From positions 1 through 41,585 of IMG/VR virus record IMGVR_UViG_3300037605_000066: a stretch of 41,585 bases of DNA. One strand, written 5' to 3'. How positions within the stretch are numbered: the first letter of the stretch is position 1; each line of letters begins with the position of its first letter. The stretch is from a virus (taxonomy: Duplodnaviria > Caudoviricetes). A program made the position numbers and the translations under genes. The notes beneath the pieces are model-generated. The model was not told the DNA's origin. It made no database searches and was given only the letters and a program-made list of their open reading frames with translations. This document shows positions 34,401-41,585 of the stretch, in pieces.

Positions 34401-35348
34401 ATGGCATTAACTGGTAATCCGCTGAATGTGCGGCGTCGGGCTGTGGGGATGACGATCGAGACGACGAGCGGTACGGCGGAGACGCCGACGGCGGTGCTGG
34501 CGAACACGTTGGTGCTGGAGGCGACTTGCGAGCCGACGGGTGTGTTTGACGGCGGCGAGAGTCGGCCGATCGGTCAGCACGGGGGGGCGGGGCCTCGGAC
34601 GAAGGTGATGGAGAAGGGCAAGCTGACGATGAAGACGCGGATGCGTCACGCGGACGCGACGCTATCGCTGTTGCAGTTGTGCGGTTTTGTGATTTCGGGC
34701 ACTGACAGCGAAATCGCGACGAGCGTTTGGGCGGATTTGAGTCAGCGCGAGACGGGTACGTTTTACTTTTGGGAGGATGGCCGGTTGAAGCGGCTGCACG
34801 GGGCGAATGGTTCGTGCAAGATCAAGCCGGCGACGGGCGCGGGTGGGCCGATCGATATTGAGTGGGAGTTTGAAGGGATCTTCACGATGATGACGGATGC
34901 GGCGATGCCTTCGGACCCGACGCTGACGACGACGGCTTATCGCAACGCTGGTTTGACGCTGACGTTGGCGACGGCGCAGATTCCGCAGGTGAGCGATTGG
35001 GAGTTGGATGTTGGCTCGGAGTTTGCTGTTCGCGAGGACGTGACGGCGGGTACGGGTCTTCACCGGGTGCAGGTGGAGGATGGTTCTCCGATGTTGACGC
35101 TTGATCCTGAGGCGCGGTTGGTTGCGAATTACGACGCGTACGGGAAGTTCATGGCGGGCACGAAAGAGGCGGCTCAGATTGTGTTGACCGATGGTACGAA
35201 CACGATGACGGTTGCGATGCCGCAGACGCAGCGTATCGATATGACGGGCGGCGAGCGTAGCAAGAAGATCACGGACGGCGCGCAGTTTGAGATTCAGAAG
35301 AACGCGAGCGGTGTTGATTTGACGTTTACGGAGTCGGTGCCGGCGTAG
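34401..35348 (+). CDS. Major tail tube protein
   Basis: IETTSGT N-terminal motif, Thr-rich beta protein, IEWEFEG; position. Confidence 0.8.
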   Translation: MALTGNPLNVRRRAVGMTIETTSGTAETPTAVLANTLVLEATCEPTGVFDGGESRPIGQHGGAGPRTKVMEKGKLTMKTRMRHADATLSLLQLCGFVISGTDSEIATSVWADLSQRETGTFYFWEDGRLKRLHGANGSCKIKPATGAGGPIDIEWEFEGIFTMMTDAAMPSDPTLTTTAYRNAGLTLTLATAQIPQVSDWELDVGSEFAVREDVTAGTGLHRVQVEDGSPMLTLDPEARLVANYDAYGKFMAGTKEAAQIVLTDGTNTMTVAMPQTQRIDMTGGERSKKITDGAQFEIQKNASGVDLTFTESVPA

Positions 35349-35432
35349 GGGTGATGCGGCGTTTGAGTTGAGCGCGACGAGTCGCGGCGCTTCATGTAGC
35401 AGTTGAAACACGAACAACGATTGGATGATGTG

Positions 35433-35765
35433 ATGGCAAAGAAGACGACGGGTGATTTGGGTGAGGGTGCTAAGCCGCAAGCGGCTGGGCCGGTTCAGGT
35501 TGAAGCGACGGACGCTGAGAAGCGGATGGCGGTGGTGTTGTGTCGTGGTCACCTGGGCAAGCAGCCGGCGGAGGGGCAGTTGGCTTATTTTGGGTCGATG
35601 AGTGTTCGGCAGCGTAACGCGGCGATTAGCCGGGTGCGGAAGCTGACGAAAGGGGAGCGTGACAAGTTTTTAGCGGAGCTTGATGGTAAGCCTGCGGCGG
35701 AGCTGGCGGACGTGTCGAGCGAAGAACAAGGTGGTGACGGTGATGGATCAGGAGCAAGCAAGTAG
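35433..35765 (+). CDS. Hypothetical tail-module protein
   Basis: MAKKTTG start; contains repeat A in frame. Confidence 0.65.
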   Translation: MAKKTTGDLGEGAKPQAAGPVQVEATDAEKRMAVVLCRGHLGKQPAEGQLAYFGSMSVRQRNAAISRVRKLTKGERDKFLAELDGKPAAELADVSSEEQGGDGDGSGASK

Positions 35766-36432
35766 CGCGGCGCCCGGGATGAATCCGGGCGAGGTGGTTG
35801 ATCGCGAAGCGGGTGAAGTGGCAATCTCGGCGAGTGACCGGGATGTTATTTCATTGGAGCAGGACGGTGATCGTCCGAATCTGTTGTTGAAGGTGCGGCC
35901 TGTGAAGCGTCGGCAGTCGACGCAGATTCGTAAGTGGCTGGCGTTCATGCAGGACAAGGTGAATCGTCACAATGCGGGGGCATATCAGGAGCAGGTGTTT
36001 CGATGCGCGGATGAGTTCGCGCAGATTTTGCGTGAGCACCTGGTGGGGTGGGCGGATGCCTATGACGGTGCGGGTCGGCCGATCGCGTTTAGTGATGATG
36101 CGTTTGATGACGTCCTGGACGATGGCCAGGTGATGATCGCGGTGGCGGAGTTGTATGCGCTCAGTATGGCGGGCTCGATGGCAAAAAAGCCTGTCGCCTC
36201 GCCGTTGCGATTGAGTACACCGGACGGGGCGGGCTCGAGCCGGGGGACGGAGACGGACCAAGGGTCGGGACCGATGAGCACCCGCAGCGGATTACATGCG
36301 TCGATTGCGGGGGACGCTACACCGGCTGGTTTCGTTGGTTTGAGCGAAGTGGATGGCACGAAGCCGGCGAGTTCTCAGGCAAGCGAGACGACGAATCCGC
36401 CGCCGCCGCCGTTGCGGCCGGCGAGCGGTTGA
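35743..36432 (+). CDS. Tail assembly chaperone (gpG-like, 0-frame product)
   Basis: HLVGWADAYDGAGRPIAFS motif; precedes tape measure; contains the slippery site. Confidence 0.8.
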   Translation: MDQEQASSAAPGMNPGEVVDREAGEVAISASDRDVISLEQDGDRPNLLLKVRPVKRRQSTQIRKWLAFMQDKVNRHNAGAYQEQVFRCADEFAQILREHLVGWADAYDGAGRPIAFSDDAFDDVLDDGQVMIAVAELYALSMAGSMAKKPVASPLRLSTPDGAGSSRGTETDQGSGPMSTRSGLHASIAGDATPAGFVGLSEVDGTKPASSQASETTNPPPPPLRPASG

Positions 36433-36692
36433 TGTTTGACGGGTGTTCGCTGTGTGGGTGCGAGCGGGAATTGAAGATCATCGGCGATCCGATGGATCAG
36501 GTGCCGGGACGGATTTGGGAGGTGATGCTGGCGGCTTCGCTTTTGGATCGTGGGATTGATGCGAAGCCGGAGGTGGGTTCGTGGGGCGATCAGCCGGCGG
36601 CGTGGTGTTCGGCGGTTGAGTATGTGTTGTCGGAGCGTGCGCGGATGAGTCGCGCGGCGGAGCAGGCGGAGTTGGATCGTTTGACGGGATGA
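36183..36692 (+). CDS. -1 frameshift extension (gpGT-like) of the tail chaperone
   Basis: A-AAA-AAG at 36183-36189; the -1 frame is open from there to TGA 36692 and encodes CVDC...CSLC and GSWGDQPA. Confidence 0.8.
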   Translation, partial: KKACRLAVAIEYTGRGGLEPGDGDGPRVGTDEHPQRITCVDCGGRYTGWFRWFERSGWHEAGEFSGKRDDESAAAAVAAGERLMFDGCSLCGCERELKIIGDPMDQVPGRIWEVMLAASLLDRGIDAKPEVGSWGDQPAAWCSAVEYVLSERARMSRAAEQAELDRLTG

Positions 36693-36699
36693 GGGTTGT

Positions 36700-38568
36700 A
36701 TGGCGAAGCAGAAGCGGCTTGATTTGATCCTCGGGGCGAAGGATCGCGCGACGAGCGTGCTGGGGCGGGTGTCTGGTGCGATCGGTGGGTTTGTGAGTAA
36801 AGTTGCGGCGCTGGCTGGGCCATTGGCTGCGGTGCTGAGCGTGGCGGGTGTTGTTCGTTTTGGGCAGCGTTCGGTGCAGGCGTTTTTTGAGCAGGAGCAG
36901 GCGGTAAAGAATCTGGAGACGGCGCTGATCAACGCGGGGGACGCGGGCGCGAGTTCGTTGGCGGGGATGCAGCAGTTCGCCAGTGGTTTACAGGCGATTA
37001 CGACGCAGGGCGATGAGGCGACGCTGGCATTGGCGTCGAAGATCGCGACGCTGGGCGGATTGACGGGCGGTGCGTTGGCGGACGCGACGAAGCAGACGCT
37101 GGGGCTTGCTCGGGCGACGGGGCAGGGCGCGGACATGATGGGCCGGGCGTATTTGAACGCGCTTGAGGGTAATTTTTCGATGCTGGAGCGGTACGTGCCG
37201 GCGCTGCGTGCGGCGGAGGGCGAGACGGCGAAGATGGCCCTGGTGCAGGAGCTGGCGGCGAACGGCTTTAAGCTGATGGAGAGCGATGCGAATACCGCGC
37301 GGGGTCGGTTGCAGCAGATGAAGAACAGCGTTGGTGATTTGATGGAGGAGATCGGTGCGCGGTTGGCTCCGACGCTGGGGGTGGTGGCGAGTCGGATTCG
37401 TGTTTTTGCGGAGGAGAATGGTGCGCGGATCGGGGCGTTTGTGGGTCGAGTGATTGCGTTGGGGCAGGGGTTGTTTGCTCGGCTGATGCCGATCGTTCAG
37501 CGTGGGGTTGGTTTTGTGGTGCAGGCGGTGCGGTGGATTGGAGAGCACGTTGTGCCGGCGGTGATCGGGTATGCGGCGATGGTAACGAGCGTGGTGCGCG
37601 GGGTGGCGGACATGGTTGCGACGGGTGTGCAGGCGGTGGTGGGTTTGTTGGGTTCGGTGTTGCCGTCGATCAATACGGTGGGCTCTGTGGCGACGCAGCT
37701 GCGGGACACGGTGCAGGCGGTGTTCATGGCGATCGAGTTCGCGTTTACGCAGTGGCGGAGCGTGGTTGAATTGGCAGCGCTAAAGGTCGGGCTGGCGGTG
37801 GTGACGGTGGCGAATCAGGTGCGGTACGCGTTCGGCGAGGTGATTCCGTCGGTGTTGAAGTGGCTGGCGGGTAACTGGACGCGGATTTTGACGGACATGT
37901 GGAATTTTACGAAGGCGGTGGGGACGAACATCGCGACGGGGTTAGTTGAGACGCTGACGAGCATTCCGCAGCTGATCAGTGGCGAGAAGTCGATCACGGA
38001 TATTTGGGGCAAGAATTTGCTCGAGGGATTTGAAGCGACATTAACGGAGATGCCGCGGATCGTGGATCGGCAGCGTGGCGAGCTCGAGCAGGCGTTGGCG
38101 ACGCAAGTCGAGGGGCTTGAGGATTCGCTGGGGCGAGGGTTTGCGGACTTCGTTGATCGGCGGATGAATGAGGTGGCTGATCGTCAACAGCAGTTGAAGG
38201 ATTTCTTCAATTTTGGTGCTGCGGAGGTTTCGCCGCCGGCGGGTTTGGATGTTGGTGGCGGGGGTGTTGCGGACCTGGTGAGGCGCGGTGAGCAGGGCGA
38301 GCCGGTGAAGGTGGAGTTGGATGGTGAGGGTGCTCGGAAGTCTCTGGAGCGGCAGACGGTGGGAATCGCGGCGCTTGATATTACGCGGCGTTTTTTGGGT
38401 TTGGGTGCGCGTGCTGAGCCTGCGGAGCAGACGGCGAAGAACACGGAGCAGGCGGTGTCAGTGTTGAATAAATTGCTTGCGGCGGTGAAGGATCAATCGA
38501 TCGAGCAGGTTGATCGGGCGGGCGGCGATGATGTGATTAAGGCGGTTCGGTTGGAGGGTGTGGTCTGA
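36700..38568 (+). CDS. Tape measure protein
   Basis: LILGAKDRAT start, Ala/Gly-rich helical sequence, GRLQQMKNSVGDLMEEIG. Confidence 0.9.
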   Translation: MAKQKRLDLILGAKDRATSVLGRVSGAIGGFVSKVAALAGPLAAVLSVAGVVRFGQRSVQAFFEQEQAVKNLETALINAGDAGASSLAGMQQFASGLQAITTQGDEATLALASKIATLGGLTGGALADATKQTLGLARATGQGADMMGRAYLNALEGNFSMLERYVPALRAAEGETAKMALVQELAANGFKLMESDANTARGRLQQMKNSVGDLMEEIGARLAPTLGVVASRIRVFAEENGARIGAFVGRVIALGQGLFARLMPIVQRGVGFVVQAVRWIGEHVVPAVIGYAAMVTSVVRGVADMVATGVQAVVGLLGSVLPSINTVGSVATQLRDTVQAVFMAIEFAFTQWRSVVELAALKVGLAVVTVANQVRYAFGEVIPSVLKWLAGNWTRILTDMWNFTKAVGTNIATGLVETLTSIPQLISGEKSITDIWGKNLLEGFEATLTEMPRIVDRQRGELEQALATQVEGLEDSLGRGFADFVDRRMNEVADRQQQLKDFFNFGAAEVSPPAGLDVGGGGVADLVRRGEQGEPVKVELDGEGARKSLERQTVGIAALDITRRFLGLGARAEPAEQTAKNTEQAVSVLNKLLAAVKDQSIEQVDRAGGDDVIKAVRLEGVV

Positions 38569-39512
38569 TGGCGGGTGATCGCGACATTGTTGAGCAGACG
38601 CCGGGTCGGTTGGTTGATGGGCCCGAGGGAATGACGCATAGCCGAGTCTTTCGGGTGCTGGCGCGGTCGGAGATCGATGCGCTGACGAAGTTGCAGGTTT
38701 ATCGTCGGGTGTTTCGCGGCGCGGCGTGGTACACGACGTACAACGAAGCGCCGGATGCATCGGTGGTTTGCCGTCGTCGGGAGTGTGTGCCGGTTAGGTC
38801 GGCTCCGCTGGGTGGTGTGGGCGATTACGAGATCACGGCGCAGTATGAGACGCCGCGGCGTGATGAGGCGGTGGCGGGTGGCCCGCCGGTGTATCGGTTG
38901 GATGATTCGCAGCAGAGCGCGCCGATCGATATTGATGCGGATGGCGATCCGATTATGAACCTGGTGGAGGAGCCGATCGCGTCGAGCGACGCGGTGACGA
39001 GCGAGGTTTTGCGGGTGGAGTGGTGGAAGGAATACGCGGATTTAGCGGCTTGTTTTCAGGGCATTCGTCCGTTTCGTAATGCCTTGAATTTGGTGAGTTG
39101 GCAGGGTTTGCCGCGTGGTTCGGCTCGGACGATTCAGGGGCCGAAGAATGCGAAGGAGGTTTACCTGGAGAATTCAGTGCTGGTGAAGTTGCAGGCGTCG
39201 ATTGGGATTCGGCCGGAGTTTGATGCGACGGATTTTGCGTCGAAGATTATTGATAAAGATGGTACGGAGATTACGGGTACGTTTGAGGGTTGGGCGCAGT
39301 TGAAGCGGCACGAGGGAACGCGAGAGAAGGGAGACGTGGTGGATGGGGTGCAGCAGTACAAGCCGATTTTGACGCAGGACGGGGCGGATCGGATCACGGA
39401 GCCGGTGCCTTTAGATGCGACGGGCGCGCGGGTGGCTGATGGTGATCCGGTGGTTTATATCAAACACGATGTGGTCCCGAATTACAAAGACCTTGCGGAT
39501 TTGGGGATCTGA
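38568..39512 (+). CDS. Putative distal tail protein
   Basis: Directly after tape measure; beta-rich; position-based. Confidence 0.6.
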   Translation: MAGDRDIVEQTPGRLVDGPEGMTHSRVFRVLARSEIDALTKLQVYRRVFRGAAWYTTYNEAPDASVVCRRRECVPVRSAPLGGVGDYEITAQYETPRRDEAVAGGPPVYRLDDSQQSAPIDIDADGDPIMNLVEEPIASSDAVTSEVLRVEWWKEYADLAACFQGIRPFRNALNLVSWQGLPRGSARTIQGPKNAKEVYLENSVLVKLQASIGIRPEFDATDFASKIIDKDGTEITGTFEGWAQLKRHEGTREKGDVVDGVQQYKPILTQDGADRITEPVPLDATGARVADGDPVVYIKHDVVPNYKDLADLGI

Positions 39513-40237
39513 TGGCGGACGGCGATTTGATTTTGTTCAGCGAGCAGCAGCGGCGTTTGCTGGAGCGGATGTTCGCGTCTTTCGGTCGGTCGCTTGGCGG
39601 TGGTGATGTGTCGGTGGTGGTTGGTCCTGATGGTCAGTTGTCGGTGAGTCGGGTGCCGCGGTCGAGGAGTGGGGTTGTGGCTCGGGAGCAGTTTGCGCTG
39701 GTGCGGTTGACGGCGGCTGATGCGACGGATCCTTGGAAGTACGTGGGCGAGGAGGTGATCGGGAATGATCCGGATGCTGATCCGCCGACGTGGGCGGTGA
39801 AGACGCCGGGGCGGACGTGGGGGGTTGAGTCGGAGGACGAGGGCTTGATTGTCCATCCGCAGCAGGTTGAGGGGCTTGAGGTGTCTGCGAGCGGGGTGGA
39901 TGCGGTGTTTATGGTGCGGCGGGTGGTGGTGGATGGGGGCGGGCCGCGGTGGGTGATTGTTGGTCAGAGTAAGCCGGGGCCGATCGCGGTGAAGTTGTTG
40001 CAGACCGGCGGTAGCGCGGGGGATGCGACGACGCAGTGCAGCTTTACGTACACGGTGCAAGACATGAATGGGAATGAGTTGGCGACGGGTGTTGATCCCA
40101 CTGATTCTCCGCACCTGGCGGTTCGGCCTTCGGTTGGGTTTCGCGTTGCGGCGCGGTCTGGCCTTGCGTCTTTTGAGACGGGCGAGCTGGTGGTTTTGAT
40201 GACGAATGAGGAGACGGAATTGGAGGCGTGCTCGTGA
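39512..40237 (+). CDS. Putative tail tip protein
   Basis: Coupled start; beta-rich; position-based. Confidence 0.55.
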   Translation: MADGDLILFSEQQRRLLERMFASFGRSLGGGDVSVVVGPDGQLSVSRVPRSRSGVVAREQFALVRLTAADATDPWKYVGEEVIGNDPDADPPTWAVKTPGRTWGVESEDEGLIVHPQQVEGLEVSASGVDAVFMVRRVVVDGGGPRWVIVGQSKPGPIAVKLLQTGGSAGDATTQCSFTYTVQDMNGNELATGVDPTDSPHLAVRPSVGFRVAARSGLASFETGELVVLMTNEETELEACS

Positions 40238-40875
40238 CGGCGCTGTGGGTGCCTCAGGCTCCGGTGGTGATCACGCCGGCGAAGTGGTTAGCCGCGGCGT
40301 TCGCGACGGCGGGTCGGGGTGTGCTAACCGAAGACGGGAAGCTCGGCGTGAAGAGCGGGGGCAAGGCTGCGGCGTTTGATGGGGATGGGGCGTGCGGGGA
40401 TTGTTGTAGTGATTGCTGCGGTCCTTTGCCTAACGATGATTGTTGCTTTTCTAACGGGTCTACCATTGATTTGTCGCTGACGAATGTTGATACGACGCAG
40501 CTTCCTTGTTTAACAGGAAATACTGACGTTTTATTGGACGATTTTACATGTGATTTTAATTTGCCCAGAGAAATTAGTTGGGCCAAGTTGGTTGGAGGAG
40601 TTTTATTTAAGCTGGAGCGCACGGATGCTCAGAGAGGTTGGCAGCTCAATATTGACGGCGGGGGATGTAGCGCAGGGATTAACTTTTTCGATAATCCATT
40701 TGCTGGCGATATCGCAACCACCGATTGTTGCGGCACATTCGGCGTGGTGCAAAGAGGTCTTTGTGACGTTGAGTTTGATGTATTAAATAATACGTGTTGT
40801 AAAAATAGCGAAGGGGCGTGCGTTGAAAGCGCGGATGCAAATTGCAACGGGATGTGTGATGAGGATGAAGTATGA
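40234..40875 (+). CDS. Cys-rich tail-end protein
   Basis: Several CC pairs (CGDCCSDCCG, DDCC, TDCC, NTCC); AT-richer 3' two thirds. Confidence 0.7.
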   Translation: MTALWVPQAPVVITPAKWLAAAFATAGRGVLTEDGKLGVKSGGKAAAFDGDGACGDCCSDCCGPLPNDDCCFSNGSTIDLSLTNVDTTQLPCLTGNTDVLLDDFTCDFNLPREISWAKLVGGVLFKLERTDAQRGWQLNIDGGGCSAGINFFDNPFAGDIATTDCCGTFGVVQRGLCDVEFDVLNNTCCKNSEGACVESADANCNGMCDEDEV

Positions 40876-41237
40876 GTCCGATTGTGCGAGTGCTTAAAAG
40901 CAGACATCCGCGCTTGCTCGAAGCGTGTCGCAGGTACGCGCTGTCTGAGAACGAAACGCACATTCGTATGCGAGCTGAAGATTGGAAGCGTGTTTCGGGC
41001 GATAAGCGGCAGATTCGCGTATCTGGTTCAAGGAAAATACGCGAATCGGCATCGCTTAGTGAGGACGATCTTGAGGTGGTCCGGGTGCGGGCTCGGGTTT
41101 GTTTGACGGTGGACGACGGCGAGCCGTGCGGTTCATTGAAGAAGATGCGGGACGATGGGTTGGCGGTGGATTGCCGTGACTGTGGGTGCGGATATATGAG
41201 CTTAAGGCGGGGTAAGTGCCCGAGGAGGAAGTGGTAG
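40872..41237 (+). CDS. Basic Cys-containing hypothetical protein
   Basis: CRDCGC...CPRRKW; ATGA-coupled. Confidence 0.7.
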   Translation: MSPIVRVLKSRHPRLLEACRRYALSENETHIRMRAEDWKRVSGDKRQIRVSGSRKIRESASLSEDDLEVVRVRARVCLTVDDGEPCGSLKKMRDDGLAVDCRDCGCGYMSLRRGKCPRRKW

Positions 41238-41585
41238 ATGGCTGGCAAAATCACAATTCCGATCGTCCGCAATGTGACGTATGTGCTCGGAGACCGGGTG
41301 GAGATTGAGATTGATGGGGCGGTGCAGCCCGATTATGTGCCGATGATCGATGCGGTGGCCGCGGCGACAATCGCGGGCGGGGGTACGCCTGGGGCTTTGC
41401 TGCATGAAACGCTCGCACGGTTCCCGGCGGGTGACTACTCGGTGCGACTTCGCGGCGTCGACGCGATCGGGAATGTGGGGGATTGGATGGCGCCGCAGAC
41501 GCTCGAGCATCGGCCGTTGCCGGAGACGCCGGCGGGGCTGGCGTTGTCGGGCGGGAACTTGACAGGTGTTTGGATTGACGCGTGA
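41238..41585 (+). CDS. FN3-like domain protein
   Basis: GDYSVRLRGVDAIGN and PETPAGL motifs. Confidence 0.65.
   Translation: MAGKITIPIVRNVTYVLGDRVEIEIDGAVQPDYVPMIDAVAAATIAGGGTPGALLHETLARFPAGDYSVRLRGVDAIGNVGDWMAPQTLEHRPLPETPAGLALSGGNLTGVWIDA

Larger units (their letters stand above)
1172..35485 (+). repeat. Dispersed repeat family A: GTGCTAAGCCGCRAGCGGC (stem GCCGC-RA-GCGGC), 16 copies
   Basis: Copies start at 1172, 1979, 4981, 5229, 6245, 7059, 7569 (variant), 8529, 19427, 19656, 19725, 20453, 22234, 29391, 32288, 35467; all + strand. Confidence 0.97.
1195..35791 (+). repeat. Dispersed repeat family C: CGCGAY-GA-RTCGCG hairpin
   Basis: CGCGATGAATCGCG at 1195 and 2068; one-mismatch copy at 11979; CGCGACGAGTCGCG within an identical 22-mer at 10137-10158 and 35372-35393; weaker copies near 5802 and 35771. 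Confidence 0.8.
1..41585. mobile_element. Temperate lambda-like siphophage prophage (near complete)
   Basis: Integrase at left end, divergent regulators, replication initiator, terminases, lambda-type portal, capsid, tail tube, chaperone frameshift and tape measure in canonical order; no sheath gene recognised. Confidence 0.95.

Noticed and set aside
1172-35485. Repeats A-D or the iterons as a CRISPR array
   Set aside because: Dispersed, no regular spacers, no cas genes.
7771-35552. Very long minus-strand ORFs (e.g. 14000-16222, 27605-29404, 30343-31980)
   Set aside because: Antisense shadows of clear + genes; Arg/His/Pro/Gln-rich, motif-free, and expected from the strand bias.
38568-41585. 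Diversity-generating retroelement acting on tail genes
   Set aside because: No reverse transcriptase and no TR/VR pair differing at adenines seen.

Overview
The window is a near-complete temperate, lambda-like (cos-type, non-contractile tail) prophage, cut at gene boundaries so no att sites are visible. Gene order: integrase and immunity region (1-3.8 kb); a non-coding stretch with tRNA-CAT; early and replication genes including an initiator with internal iterons, a Gp37/Gp68-family protein, an adenine MTase and a RuvC-like resolvase (4.5-12.6 kb); an atypical lysis/accessory block with DUF1353-like, lipoprotein, PAS and two large glycan-related proteins (12.6-19.4 kb); a ParB-like x2 plus ABC-GNAT module; a DUF932 island; then cos, terminases, portal, protease-capsid fusion and tail genes. 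Host is probably Planctomycetota/Phycisphaerae (inference). Three things are not explained by the gene list. (1) About 45 copies of four short, strand-polarised repeat families; three are hairpins with compensatory changes, and they are read in a fixed frame inside proteins, often at gene junctions. (2) A candidate antisense-RNA switch: a hairpin loop at 5362-5371 is complementary to a leader motif conserved at identical spacing before two late operons (12627, 27444). (3) A strong G/T-rich + strand independent of gene direction. All calls are by eye; no searches or folding were run.
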